From: Botryllus schlosseri
Taxonomy: Eukaryota
Length of the DNA stretch: 64,000 bases
Direction of reading: 5' to 3'
NCBI GenBank assembly: GCA_051294905.1
Contig: CM119372.1
Span: forward strand, 8,122,001 to 8,186,000
This document shows positions 1 to 14,200 of this stretch, one piece after another. The translations under genes and the position numbers were made by a program. The notes beneath the pieces are model-generated. The model searched no databases, was not told where the DNA came from, and was given only the letters and a program-made list of their open reading frames with translations. Position 1 is the first letter of the stretch; each line of letters opens with the position of its first letter.

Positions 1-292
1 CGAGCGACAACATACTGCGCGAAGCGTGAAGAAAATTTTTACTTTGTATAAATCTATCGCAAATTATTCTGCTTTATTGTAATGTACGAAGATCTACCAA
101 AATGTGACTGGCTCATGGATCTGCCAATGCGTGAGAACTGATATTTTAGTCATCACACCTCAAGTGTTGCGGCCAGACTAATCAAATTTTTGGTTGGCCT
201 TGCAAGTTCACAATCTGTGCAATCCAATTTTGAAAATATTACCAATTTCGGAAATTAGGTCGCGGTCGCGGGCCACGGGTTGGCCTGCCCTG
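1..292. mobile_element. Right end of a hAT-type non-autonomous element, truncated by the window edge
   Basis: Ends in GGTTGGCCTGCCCTG (reverse complement CAGGGCAGGCCAACC), resembling the CAG-starting hAT termini seen elsewhere in the window; the left end is not visible. Confidence 0.45.
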
Positions 293-1216
293 CTCTAAAT
301 TATAGGCTGAAATTGGGCTACAGAAAACTGGGTCGGACATCTTTGAGGAATTCATTTTATCTCTCCGTATAGGATCGCTAATTTAAACCAGCCGAAGTCC
401 ACAAATCTGCAACGAACACAGCACGAAGATGAACTATGCAATGCACTTATCTCCAATGGATTAGCCCGCTTAGGGACATCACGAATGATATATGTGCCTT
501 CACGATTTGGACTCGGCCTAGATTAATATGTCAAAGAAATGGCCGATATGCGTGGTGGCATAGCGTAGCCTTGGTACGTCCCACGGCACAGCTGTAACAC
601 CAATGGGTTGCGTGTACCGGTCCGAGAGAAGTCAACCCAAGAATTCCTACCTAAGCGTAGAAGGTTAATCCCTAGGCCGCTTTTGGTCACGTGATCCGTG
701 TAGGCGATGTCTTACGAAAAGCCCAGAATGAAACTTGGCCGTGCTGCAAGTCGGCAGATCAGGAGGCCACCGACAATCGATGAAATGCAATATATCGATT
801 CATAGGATGAAAGTTCTTACTGCGTGTACTTTTATTTTATAAGACCTCATATACTTTCTTATATAGGTGCACTTAATTGTCACACAGCTAATGTGTACTG
901 GAAACAAATTTTCACTGTGATGATTGAAGAGGAAAGGGTCCTTGAGTGCCTAACAACATGAAAAAAGCGACAAAATTCCGAAATTTCGCACCCAAATGTG
1001 CCAATTGGCAACACTATGCCCATGCAGCCCGTACAACAGTGTCGGGCCATACTACTTCCGCTGGAAGGATATTCTCTCATCCTGAGAAGCGAGAATTTGC
1101 ACGCACGATTGCTGGCGGACAGGAAGTCTGCAGAGGAAGGCGGGAACATTGAGTTCTAGACGATTTGGCGCCAGTTGGGCTACAGATTGATATTTACTAC
1201 GTACCTTGACGAGACG

Positions 1217-1942
1217 ATGTCTGTGTCTGCTAGTTCTTGTGCATTTGACTTGGATCCCTTTACCTCCGCGATACCCAAGCGAGTGTTTGTGGGGAATTTC
1301 GATTTCGATACTTCCGAGTCGGAACTTCTTGTTGCCTTTCAGGTACTCATGCGATTTATTTGTTCCTCTCTTGAACATATTGTGATCGTTATAGTCAACT
1401 TCGCTGGATTTACAGGTGTGTGGTCACATTGCTGACGTTAATATAGTGCGAAAAAGTATTTCGGACTTCTACGGATTCGTTACGTTCGCTTCTGAACAGG
1501 CTGCCGAAGATGCTTTGCGGGGAAAAGTGAGATTTTCGATTGATGCTTAAACTTCCTTATTCTAGTACTGAGCACGTTAGATATCGGGTTCATACAATTG
1601 TGTTTCAGTACGATTTCTTCATTCGAGGGAGGAAGCTTCGCATACGCCGGGCGTTCCTGAAATCTCCAAAGTCAATTTTCAGTGACCAGGGTAAACGACG
1701 AGTGATATATTTTGTCGGTGACTATATCATACAATTACTCGCTTCTTGTGGTAGCTGGGAGTATGCAAATCCCTCAACTCGGCTGGGTTCCGCCTGTGGC
1801 ACCGTATGCGTGTAGCCTCAACGGCATTTTGGCGTCCATTGGCAATCTGGCAATCGCTGCGCCTGTAAGTATCATACGATCTCTCTTTGTTGATAGTTCA
1901 TCCATACGTCATGTTTCGTTATTTTTACAGTATGGAAAATAG
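1217..1942 (+). CDS. BOULE/DAZ-like single-RRM RNA-binding protein, 146 aa, 5 exons (1217-1342, 1416-1526, 1609-1690, 1755-1864, 1931-1942)
   Basis: Four GT-AG introns of 64-82 nt with consistent phases. Spliced protein has RNP2 (IPKRVFVGNF), RNP1 (FYGFVTF) and GRKLRIRRA. IPKRVFVG and AGSMQ..PY...NGI recall BOULE (IPNRIFVGG; AGTMY..PY..NGV). The RRM is certain; BOULE orthology is only likely. An upstream exon cannot be excluded. Confidence 0.85.
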
Positions 1943-3529
1943 CCTCACGAAGCGCATCTGAACCCGAAGTACAAGAGTTGTGATATATTGTTTTTAAAGC
2001 TTACAAAAATGTTTTTAGTTTTTAGTTATATGTTGTCTAATATATAGATATGTCGAACATATTTCCGACTTTGGTGCTTGCGGCAGGGTATGTTTCGTCA
2101 GCTATATCGACGCTTTTGGCGTACCAAGGTTATTGTTGCAAGATCGACGTGTTGTTAGGCTGGTCCACCATTTCTGCGACCAGGTGGTTTGTGGAGTATT
2201 CAACAACTGTTAGCTAGCTACTGCTATCGTGAAAGGTGGTTATATAAGGTCAATAATCAGTTATTAGCAGCAGCTTGAGGCAGTTACATATGCCCAAAGA
2301 GAATAGTGCGCGACTGGACAAGTGGACATGGTCATTATGATAATCCGATTTATCCGAAATACTTCAAGACGGTGTATTTGTAGATGTTCAGATAAAAATA
2401 CAAAATACCAGAACATGCGGACTCCGAGTTAGCTATTCTGTTGCTACTCCGTGTAGTCCTCAAGATGATAGCACGGACCTCTGTCACTTATGTTCCAATT
2501 GGTTGTAGGTAGCAAGGCTGCATCCCTATATAGCGGGCTATTACGATTTTTCGCCTGTAGCTCACGCAGTTTTTCTTCACAAATTACTGTGCCTATATAA
2601 TTAAATTTTGACGTGTGGTGTACGATTGGTAGGCCTATATCATGGCGATTTCTCATGAATATTATACCTGGACATCATGAATAGAACTAACATAAATTTG
2701 ACGTAGTTGTTCACGAAACGAGTGGCCTACTTTTCATTGCTAATGATTGCATTTGCCGAACACGGAAATTTTCAGAATTGCCTTCGTCACATCTCCGTAC
2801 CGAGCCTGCTCGTCTCGTGAGTCGTGCGTGGAAAACGCAAACGATTGGAATGGTTGTTGGTCTGTAGTTTTTGACTTTCGAAGGAAAGAATCAACCATTG
2901 TATCCAATAAAGGGAAAAATAATTTATTGTTAAGTTGATTGAAAGAGCGCTGGCTGGGCAATGCTCGCATGACATATATACAATACATTAATATACATAC
3001 ACTACAGGGCATTTTGCGTCACAAAATTGCTACATCCTCGCGCGGTATCATTCATACATACTGTTTTAATTATTTTTCAGCATTACACCACAATATTACA
3101 GTACAATAATTTTAGAACATAGGGGCAATAATGTGGTGCAGTAGCCACGTACACAACAAAGAGATTTCCGTATAATTGGCGGGTGCACTTCAGGCATTAT
3201 TTTGGGAGCGTCACGAGCGTGTGAACATAATTTGGAGGCTTTTAGGTCTATAGGCACATGGTTTGGGCACTCAACTCGAATTCAAATCGACTCAACTATC
3301 GAATGTAAACATTACATTCGATAACTCAACGGTTCGATTCGAGTCGAAAATATACGTGCTTCCCAGTACCGAAAACATGTAGCACAAAGCGTAATACTCG
3401 ATTCGTAATAATCGTATTCAACCACTGCAACCTACTGCCTTGCGATTTTATCATGCTCAATGGGTCAATATGCTCACATTGTGTGCCCGACTGTCCGTCC
3501 ACTGTACGGGTACGATTGACACACTGCAA

Positions 3530-4215
3530 AAACGTTAACATCGGATCATCCGTATCATTGCCAAAGCCCCACGGGGGCCTGGATGCGCAACTGATAAATC
3601 GCTTCTCAAAAGATTTGGTGTTCTAAACTTAGAAGACATGAGGAAGCTAGAAATTGCCAAGTTAATGTATCAGTTCCATTGCGGTCAATGTCCCTCAAAT
3701 TTCAACGACGTCTTCACCCCAGAGACAAAAGCACAGAAGTACAGCACACGCGTGTCAACCAAGAACAACTACCGTATGATCAGGACGGGATACAAGTAAA
3801 CGCATTGCTCTATCAAGTAGGCTATGCTGGACCCCAATTGTGGAACAACATCTCGCCGGCTATCCGACAGTCGTCGAGCATGTCCGCATTCAAGTCGAAA
3901 TACAAGCAATTTCTTCTAAATGAATACTAGCCAGCCTTCAAGATTACCGGACCACGACCTAACATCGACCTCGCCCTCCGCCACATGCCACCTCATTTTG
4001 TCGCTTGCGTCTTATATTCTCCGCATTACTTTTCATTCAGTGTGCACTGTGCAATGTGCAGTGTGCATGCCTCTTCTTTACTTCGACTGGGCTAAGGTGT
4101 GTGTCTGATCTTAAAAGCTACTCCAAGTTGTTTCGTCACCTTCCTATCATTTTATTGTATCGCAGTCTTGTGATGTTTTGAAATGATTAAAATATTAATA
4201 AACCTGATTGATTGA
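3530..4215 (+). mobile_element. 5'-truncated L2/Crack-type LINE (decayed ORF2 C-terminus plus 3' UTR)
   Basis: Frameshifted remnant LEIAKLMYQFH...YAGPQLWNNISPAIRQSSSMSAFKSKYKQFLLNEY* (stop at 3930), typical of L2/CR1-clade ORF2 ends; the 3' UTR is shared with many other copies and ends in AATAAAC plus a TGAT-type tail. Confidence 0.85.
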
Positions 4216-5311
4216 TAAGTAGCCTACATCTGTCGCAGACACGTAGGGAACATAGGTCGATCGGCATCTAATCAGCTGGTATACATGGCCTTCATAAGAC
4301 GCCGTCTACATGAACATTGCAGTCAGTCACGTGCACAACACATTATACGAACAGTTCTCGCGCAAAATACAACTCTGCTTTTCAAATCCGAATTATAAAG
4401 GGTTTGTCCATCATCATCTAAAATCCAAATTTTGATTCGTTTTCTATGCATAGAATAAGAACAGTTGAAAATATGGTTGGAGTTAATAAATTCTTTACTG
4501 CAATGGATGTAGTTGTGAAAGCAATAAGAACAGTGCGTGTGAAATCATCACTGTCGTCCAGAGTGAGGGTTTGTAGTACTGTGTTGTGTATATCATATCA
4601 GTAGCCCTTATTTATTACATTTGTACTTTTGTAACAACACAACAGGGGAATCCCCTTATATTTAGTCATTTTTGTTTCCGATTAAAAACGAAACAAAGCA
4701 AGTGGAAGCCACATTAAGGTGTAATTAAGGCAAGGGAATATGGCGGAAATAGTGCATATTTGACAATTTCTCATTTCTGAACAACCCGAACCAACGTATG
4801 TAGGAGCATAGCATACTTATGGGAGGAGGTATATGCGGTATGCACCGGAAAAGCTTGATTGATAGCCGCCAGAGGCGGAATTCTCATGTCTGCTGGGCTG
4901 GAACCTGGGAACGACGACAAACCCTAGCTTCGAGATTTCGATTTCGAGTAGCATTGCTGAATGCAGATTTTGGTTATTTGCAGATAATTGCAGTAAAGAA
5001 GATAGGGATGTCGCATGAGTGGTACATCTATCGCTCAGGCTATGACAGACACTTCGTGACGGTAATAAGACAAAGTTATTTGCGAATTATTCGACCCCTC
5101 CTATACTATCACACGGGCGATTGCTATATGTTATAAAATAATCTTAAATCAGCTGTTCTTATACTTCCATCGGCTCAAGACGCCGAAATATACAATGTGA
5201 TAGACAAGAGACAATCATGTAATGAACAGATACGATGATGTCGAATTAACTAAGTGCGATCTATTAACGAACTTCCTCTTCAGCCCGGCGTGGCCTATAC
5301 TAAGTGATTGC

Positions 5312-6600
5312 CAGGGCCGTAACTGCCGCACCCCAAACCCCCTAATTGTGGGGGGGGGGCGAGCTCGAAGGGGGCCCAAAATTATTTCGTGAATTGACAT
5401 ATATTATAGAGTATTTTATGAAAATTCATGCAACTTTTTCAAAAAGTTTTCGCGATTTCAAGTCGCCCCTACTGGAATCTCGGTACGTTTTGCCTGATAT
5501 ATCAGGTGAGCAGCGATGATTCTCCAAGTTGAAGTAATTTATTAAAAAAAAAAAAAGTAGTGCGAGCACAGAACACCGATTCCATACAGGCAAGTCGCCA
5601 GATATCTTCATTATTGGGTACTCCTTCCCCAAGAAAACATACGCAAGATTTATAGAAATGAACATATCGGATCGGCGTTGGCCATTACCGCGCCACGACG
5701 CACCAAGACATATAAAATTTTAGGCTATGTAACATGCGACTCCAAGAAGTGTGCCAGACCAAATGGCAGCGAGAAAATTTTGGCCGTAATGCCCGTAAAG
5801 GACTGCCCTTATGCTAACCGAAAACTTCGTTATATATACGAAATACATGTGGGTTTAATTGTCCATATAGGCGCCTAAATGACTGACGCCGAATGTTCCT
5901 GTCTTGGCAATCTGAACCTCACAAGACAAATATACCATCCCGCAGAAAAAAATTATATGCCAGTGAAGAAATACCAATCCGAAACCGTGTGATCTTTCAG
6001 TTTAATACGTTCGGGCGATTCTATATTTTTTGATATCTAGCAGACAGGAGGTCACGAAATAACATCATCTAACGAAGTCATACCAACACCCGCCCGAAGA
6101 TGTTCAATTATTATTTACGGGATCTACAGTTTCAAAGACACCTCACTCAGCTCACCTGGTGAATCTGATTACGTGAGCAGAAGAGGAGAAGAAATTGATA
6201 GCAATATATATGGTATTCCTGATCTTATTGACCGATTTTATCATGAATTATCGAAAATTTTCGCGCTTCGCGCTGGCTCACTAAACGGTACAGCTATAAT
6301 TTCGTGGCAAAAGCGAACAACAAGATAGGGGGCCAGTTTATCACCCCAGCCCAAGACTCAAGTTTTTTTTTGTTGGGCTGACGAAGTGCTGTTTCGTTCC
6401 TGCCAACTGGTATACACCCGGAGATGGTTAATTATTATTGAGGGGTCCTACCTTTTCAAACACACCTCACTCAGCTCTCCCGGTAAATCAGATTACGTGA
6501 GCAGAGAGAGGATAAAAATTGATAGCAATATATATGCAATTCCCGATCATATTGACCGATTTAGTCATGACTTATAGAGATTTCTCGCGCTTCGCACATT
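5312..6600. mobile_element. Non-autonomous DNA-transposon-like repeat, homologous to 55918-56690, with an internal direct duplication (~6130-6270 and ~6455-6600)
   Basis: Starts CAGGGCCGTAACT..GCACCCCAAACCCC; long shared blocks with the 55.9-56.7 kb copy (e.g. GGCCATTACcGCGCCACGACGCACCAAGACATAT). The right end is not resolved. Confidence 0.65.
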
Positions 6601-6786
6601 TAGGCAAGAAAAGCTGTCTCACGAAGTGCTGTTGATTGCATACATATATATACTAGTAGTATTGATACTGATGTAATAGTGTCGGTGCATGTTTTTTTAT
6701 CATTTTTTTGAAATTGCAGCTACTGTATGAATCATGCTATATAAATACCTAATGGTGTAGGCATTACATGATTCATACGGGATACG

Positions 6787-7770
6787 GGTTGCCGGTGAAC
6801 CCAGCCCTCGGTGAACCCAGCCTTACAAACTCGGCCCTCCTTAAACTCGGACCTCGGTGAACTCGGCCCTCGGGAAATTATGTATTAAAGCTGGGAGCTG
6901 GGATATTAGGGTTGGCGGAGGTAGGATATTAGGGTTGGTGGAGGTGGGATATTAGGGTTGCCGGAGGTGGGATATTAGGGTTGCCGGAGGTGGGATATTA
7001 GGGTTGCCGGAGGTGGCATATTAGGGTTGGGGGAGGGGGGATATTAGGGTTGGTGGAGGTGGGATATGAGGGTTGCCGGAGGTGGGATATTAGGGTTGGG
7101 GGAGGGGGCATATTAGGGTTGCCGGAGGAGACATATTAGGGTTGCCGGAGGTGGGATATTAGGGTTGCCGGAGGTGGGATATTAGGGTTGCCGGAGATGG
7201 GATATTAGGGTTGGTGGAGGTGTGATATTAGGGTTGCCGGAGGTGGGATATTAGGGTTGCCGGAGGTGGGATATTAGGGTTGCCGGAGGTGGGATATTAG
7301 GGTTGCCGGGGGTGGGATATTAGGGTTGGGGGAGGGGGGATATTAGGGTTGCCGGTGAATACAAAATTTCCCGATGGCGGAATTCACCGAGGTCCGAGTT
7401 CACCGAGGGCCGAGTTTGTAAGGCTGAGTTCACCGAGGTCTGATCGATATGTGAACGTCACGTTCTTTCCCGCGCAATCGCATACCCTGACCTCCTTACA
7501 AGATTGACAAATCAGTTGATAATAACATTATTAGTTCAATAATTCATAATAATACTTGTTAATACACTAAATTACAAAAGTATGCCCTGACCTCCTTACA
7601 AGATTGACAAATCAGTTGATAATAACATTATTAGTTTAATAATTCATAATAATACTTGTTAATACACTAAATTACAAAAGTTCCCGAGGGCCGAGTTCAC
7701 CGAGGTTCGAGTTCACCGAGGGCCGAGTTTGTAAGGCTGGGTTCACCGAGGGCTGGGTTCACTGGTAATC
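6787..7770. mobile_element. Foldback/TIR element with modular ~95-bp inverted ends and an 8-10 bp target-site duplication
   Basis: 6787-6880 is the inverted counterpart of 7680-7770; flanked by the direct repeat (C)GGGATACG(G) at 6778-6787 and 7770-7779; an extra internal copy of the right end at ~7370-7440 and a 2x ~99-bp duplication at ~7486-7680. Confidence 0.8.
6900..7358 (+). repeat. Minisatellite, ~20 copies of the 23-bp unit GGGATATTAGGGTTGCCGGAGGT
   Basis: Directly visible tandem array; nearly every unit contains TTAGGG. Confidence 0.97.
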
Positions 7771-8292
7771 GGGATACGGCCTGCGTGTCCGTAATGTAAT
7801 ATGCAAAAGTTATCAGAAGACAGCAATTCACACAATCAAAGATGTGGTCATGTCTCCCCCCATCCTCATGGCTGATATTTGCTAAGATATCTAATGTTGA
7901 AACTCATCCATAAAAAGTTTTTACATGTCATGTCATTTTATAAATCACAACTTCGGAGTTGATCATTACAAATATTTCCGATTGCTTGAATGTCAGTTGT
8001 CAGGAGACATTTCCATTTGCGTCTGTATATTTTTAATGAACTGGGCTGGTCGGTGGGTGGTCAGCCCTACTACCAATGATGGAAAAAAATCACATTTGTG
8101 TGAGAATAAGATTTTCAGAACTGTCTTGAACCATTTGTCATATTGTGAACGGGGCAGGGAAATATGCTGACTTTTAATGATACTTCAATCTGTATATTTT
8201 GTGTAGGATTTCATATCATTATGTGCTACCATATGAAAGTTCAGCAACAGTTGTGGCATTGAACGATCCTGTAGCGTGGCATAATATTTGAG

Positions 8293-11200
8293 ATGCACGC
8301 TGGTGATCGTAGACCCAAATCATGGGTCGAAAGTTCCGAAACACCTGCTCCAAGACACAATGCCGGAAGATTACTGAAGGACGATCGACGTCAGATTGCG
8401 TCACAATATTTTGACTCCGTTCCAAACCTGTCGTTTATGAACGATGTCGGGAGCGGAATACCGATACCCAGTATGTGGTATGACACCGTTGATGTGTCGG
8501 ACTTTGAGCATCGCATCGCTGCCCAATGCGACGATTGTCAATCTGAAGAATCTAAAAACTTATCCGAATTTCCCGAAGATGATATCGCTGTGACGTCAGT
8601 TCCGAGAGAATGCCGCACTGTATCCCCGATTCGTTTGGATGAAGAATCTAACGATTCTCATCTTTTAAACTGCTTCGACTCTTTCACGGAAGATTGGTCT
8701 GTCTACTCACGGAAATACACCGAATACGGAACTGGTGCGTTAGCGTACAAAGAAATTGAAAAGACCAAAGAGTATTTGAAGTCCCTTCCGACACACCAGT
8801 ATGAAGGAGAATTCCACGAAGAACCAAAACCGACCAATTCGACAGTTTCAGATTCAGATATTGGTGCGAGGGGAAGTTGGTCGTCCAGTACTGAAGACAT
8901 GAAAAATTTGCAATCTGACCCTCGATTAGACTATGTGTTGGACAGTACCTCTCAGGATGTAGTAGACAAGTCTAATCGTGAAAAAAGGAGTCAAAATCGA
9001 ACTGAGAATCTGTTCAGCCTGTACCAGCCACCGGCTCAAAATATGAGCGGTGTACCCCAATCTCTCGTAGGAGGGATTGGCGAAGATAACGAGTTTCCGA
9101 TTGAAAAGTGTCTAGTTCCTCCGCCACCCGAGGAGTACCACGGATTTCGTTTGTTGATCAAGTGCTTGAGTTTGGAGTTAGAGGTGGAAATGGAGCCAAT
9201 ATTTGCCAGCATCGCCCTGTACGACACCAAGCACAGGAAGAAGATTTCTGAGAATTTCTACTTCGATCTCAATTCAGACGAGATCAATAAAATGATTAAG
9301 TCCGACGTGCTGCACCCGTCGATACCGACGTTGGCGAGATCCGCCATATTTTCGTTGACCAACCCCACCAAAGACGTGTTTATCGTGATTATGTTGGAAA
9401 AAGTTTTGCAGCAAGGTGAGATACTCGCATGTGCCGAGCCGTATATGAAAGATGCTGCCGAAAAGACGAGGGAAAAATCAAAGCAGAACTGTAAATGGTT
9501 TTGCGAACGTTTGGGAAAGTACCGAATGCCATTCGCGTGGACCGCTATTCACTTGATGAACATTGTTGACAGCGCCACTAATTTGAAACCGCAGCAGGAA
9601 ACAACCTCTAGCGCTTTCGCTAATTCCACGGGGTCCGATGATAAGTTGTCCTCGTTGGACCCCAATTCTCAGAGGAGATCCCTAAAAAATTCGTTAACCA
9701 ATCAGCAGGATTTATCGGAAAGCGAACGTCAAATGCTAACAACTTTCAAGCCGGTGACGTTGACCGTGTCAAGTTTTTTCAAACATGAAAGCGATCGTCT
9801 CAAGGAAGATGACTTATTCAAATTTCTTCTCGACCTCAAACGACCGACCAACGTGGTCAAAAAGTTGCGCTGCATTCCCGCTAAACTGAGATTAGACGTG
9901 TCGCCGTGTCCTGCCAATTTCCCTTACTGCCTCACGCCCGATCTACACAGGCTAAAGCCTTATCCGGACCAGCGCGGCAGGCCCAGCAGGGAAATCAAAG
10001 AGTTTCCGCCCAAGGAAGTGTACACGCCGAATTTAACTTACTGCAATTTGATGTACGTCTACCCATTGAGCATCAACTTCACAAACAGACCAGGTCACGT
10101 ACGTAACATCGCCGTTAAAGTTCAGCTGCTGTGCGGTGAAGAGGCATCGAGCGTTATGCCGGTTATTTTCGGTAAGTCAAACTGCGCTGATTTCTCGAGT
10201 GAGGCCTACACCGCGGTAATATACCATAGCAAGTGCCCAGACTTTTACGACGAGATCAAGATTAAGCTTCCTGCGAAAATAACCGAGAAACACCATCTCT
10301 TGTTTACGTTTTATCACATCAGCTGTCAGAAGAAACAGGACCTCACGCCAATTGAAACAGTCGTGGGGCACACTTGGGTGCCGTTACTGCAGAACGGTCA
10401 CTTGCATGTTGGCGAGCTGGCACTGCCAGTGTCTATGGAGAAGCTGCCCGCTAATTACGCGATGCTATCACCAGAGTCAAATATGCCCGGCATGAAATGG
10501 GTCGACGGCAGAAAATTGGTCTTTGCTGTTTCTCTGAGATGCATCTCGACCGTACATACGCTGGACCGGCACTTGCAGAATTTCTTCACATTGTGCAATG
10601 CTGTGGATCGTGGCGCCGCAGGCAGGACAGAAGAGACAGAGCAAAGGCTGCGGGCCAGTATGCTAGCAGTCGCGAACGATGCTAAAATTGAGGCTGTCAT
10701 CGGTTTCCTGCATGTGATTCTGAACAAGTTTGTGCAGATACTAGTCAGGCCGCCGATTGTCAACGGGCATGTGATCAATTTGGGCACTGCCTGTTTCGAG
10801 GCTATCGCACAGCTGACCGTGAGACTGCATCAGTCGCTGGAATTTGACGTCGATGAGCATGGACGTAGCAATCTGCTCAACTCCTACGCGACGTATGTGT
10901 TTAATCCGAGCGCGTTGCCTGCAACTTGTGTGTCACAATCAGCTGATGACGGTAATGCCCGCGGCGGTGCTCATTACGCCACGATGACAAGACCGATTCA
11001 GAGGTCTCGTCCGTCTGTTTCAGCCGCAACGTTCAATTTGAGCAGCAGTAACCCAGACCTTACCAGCACGCCTCCAGCTTCTCCAGAAGAAAAAGATATG
11101 AAGTTCCTGATTGAAGACGACCCTGGTAAATTTTTGCGTTTTTCAAGCTCAAGAGCGTCACTGATGGAAACGCCGGCTGCTGGTAAAAGTGAAGGCACCA

Positions 11201-14200
11201 CGGTGAGGTCAATTACGAAAAAAGTCTTTCATGAAGAGCTGGCACTGCTTTGGGTCGTCTCCACCGGTTACGTGAGAGAACCTTCTTTCAAGCACGCGTG
11301 GTTTCTTTTCGACATGATGAAGAAATCGATGGCGCAACAGCTCGAGCAAAACGGCGGCAAAGAAATGGCAAGGTCGGCCCGATATCCGCCGCGTTTCGTG
11401 GACGACCTGACCAGACTCATTCACACCGTGACCACAGAGATTATCATGAGACACGGTAAGGATTACGATCTTGCCGAACGTTTAAACATCAGTCTCGCCT
11501 TCTTCTTCAACGACCTTCTCTCTCTCATGGACCGGGGATTTGTTTTCGGGTTGCTGCAGCATTACTGTCAGCATGTCGGGACTAAAATATTCTCTCTACA
11601 CAGTCCAGCTTCGTTGTTGAATCTGAGGCTTACACTAATGCGTATCGTGGCCAGCCACGAGCACTACGTTGCCTTGAATCTGCCGTTTAGCGACGGCCCT
11701 AGGCCGGCATCTCCCACCCCCAGTGTGACCTCTACAACCTCCTCCATCTTGTCCAGTGTTGCGAGTGGGGCCGCATCACAGTATGAACTATCGGACGCGT
11801 TCGTACAGCGGCATCTCTTAGCGGGTATCGTTCTCTCGGACATTCTCATGACTGTCGATTTAACTGAAAATGTCTCAGTCGATGGACCTCAGCTGTATGC
11901 CCTTACCACCCTTCGAAACCTGATGATAACCCACGATAAGGATCCGAGATTGGCGGGCGACTATGTCGCGAAAGAAAAGGTAGCGCAGCTCTATCTGCCG
12001 CTGGTGTTTATCGCCATTAAAGCGTTGCCGTACTTGAATCAGTTTGGTGCCGAAAATCCAGACGGCACTAACGAATCCGGGATGATCAGTCAAAGCGTAG
12101 CTAACGCTATCGCGAATGCGTCGCCTGCAGTTTTAGCGCGTGCCTCATCGTCTAACGCCGCATTAAACAGTGGGATGCTGACCGCTGAGTCTTCCAGAAA
12201 CATGCTACTGTGTTTGCTGTGGTTGATGAAGAATATATCTGCACAAGCAGCAAAGACACTGCTGTCGGGATTGTCCACGGTGCAGACGAATAACTTGTTG
12301 GATGTATTTTACTTGTCGGTGTCTTGTTTCGAGCATAAGGCGGTGAAGATGTCTCGGTTGACTAGGACGGATTCGAATAGGTCGTCAGTTTCGAGGAAGA
12401 AAGACAAGATGACTCGATTGGAAGATGCTATTCTCGGAGGCACCTCAGCCCGACTGGAGTTGTTAAAACGACGTCGTAATGAAAAAGGCAGTGTCGCGTC
12501 TGTGCCGCGTGATTTTGAGCGTGGCCTGCGTTGGCGTAAAGACCGTACCGAATGGAAACAAGATAAAGAGCATGGAGATAAGAGCAACGGAGATGACATG
12601 CTTGTGAACGGTAATTTTTCGGCGGAATCCACTCTGATTGTACTCGACACGATTGAGCGTATCATAGAAGCTTCTTCCGAACACGGTTCTGTGCCCGCGG
12701 TGCTGTCATCGTGTCTCAGAACGTTGCTCCACTGTTTAGGCACGCGACAGAGCATCGCAGTGTACACACACGCGTTCGCCACCCAGCGTTCGGTTGTCGC
12801 CAAGTTTCCGGAACTAGTTTTCGAAGAGGAGATCGAACAGTGTGCCGATTTGTGTTTGATACTTTTGCGAAGGTGTAGCAGTAACGCGCGCGCTGTCAGG
12901 ACACAGGCGTCTGCCTCGCTGTACCTGTTGATGAGACATAATTTCTCGGTGGGCAACTCGTTCGCAAGAGTCAAAATGCAGATTACAATGTCGTTGTCTT
13001 CGCTAGTCGGTATGACTGCGTCGGATAGCTTTGATGAGGAAAATCTACGTAGGTCACTAAAGACAGTTTTGATGTACGCGGAAAACGACGCCGATCTCAA
13101 ATCCACCAGTTTTCCAGAGCAGGTGCGGGACATGATCTTCAACTTTCACATGATACTATCCGACACGGTGAAGATGAAAGAGCACAAGGAAGACCCGGAG
13201 ATGCTAATCGATTTGATGTACCGGATCGCAAAAGGGTATCAGAACTCTCCGGACTTGAGGATGACATGGTTGCAGAACATGGCCAGGCAGCATTCAGAAC
13301 GGAAAAACCACGCGGAGGCCGGGATGTGTATCCTGCATAGTGCGGCGCTTGTAGCCGAGTATGTGAGTATGATCGAAGAAGCCCCTTATCTCCCGATCGG
13401 GTGTGTTGGATTTGAGCATGTCACCCCGAACATTTTGGAAGAAAGCGCAGTGTCTGAGGACGTGGTTTCACCACACGAAGATGGTGTTTGTACTGAAAAA
13501 TACTTCTCCACTAATGGTTTAGTTGGATTGCTCGAGCAGGCCGCTTATTCTTTCAACTTGGCTGGTCTCTACGAAGTCACAAACAGCGTCTATAAGTTGC
13601 TGGTGCCGGTGTATGAAAAATTTCATGAGCACAAGAAGATGTCTACCCTACACACGAAGCTCAAAGAGTGTTTCACGAAAATCAGCGGCCAAGTCGGGAA
13701 GAGAATGTTTGGGACTTATTTCCGGGTTGGATTTTACGGGCAGTTGTTCGGCGATCTTAATGCTGAAGAGTTTGTGTACAAGGAGCCCTCGATCACAAAA
13801 CTGCCGGAAATCTCTCACAGACTTGAGACTTTTTACGGACGGTGTTTCGGTGCCGACAACGTCGAGGTTTTAAAAGATTCGAAAGAAGTGGAGGTGTCGA
13901 AGCTAGACCCTGGAAAAGCTTACATTCAAATCACGTACGTAGACCCTTATTTTCACGAATGGGAAGATGCACGAAGAGTCACATACTTTGAAAGGAACTT
14001 CAACGTGGACAAGTTCTTATACGCGACGCCGTACACTCTCGAGGGCAAGGCGCACGGTACCATCAGCGAGCAGTACAAGAAGAAAGTCTACCTGCAGGTG
14101 TCGCAAACTTTCCCGTACCTGCGCACGAGGCTGAGCGTCGTGAGGAAGTGGGAGGAGGTGTTGAATCCGTTGGAGACGGCATGCGAGGACGTGGAACGGA

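Noticed and set aside
2444-2656. 70-aa minus-strand ORF
   Set aside because: No motif I can recognise and no supportable exon chain.
6900-7358. True telomere or telomere fusion site; CRISPR array
   Set aside because: TTAGGG is embedded in a 23-bp unit inside a TSD-flanked element, not a pure (TTAGGG)n tract; there are no unique spacers and the context is eukaryotic.
12309-13142. 277-aa and other antisense or alternative-frame ORFs within the DOCK exon
   Set aside because: Shadow ORFs of a long coding exon, with no recognisable motifs.
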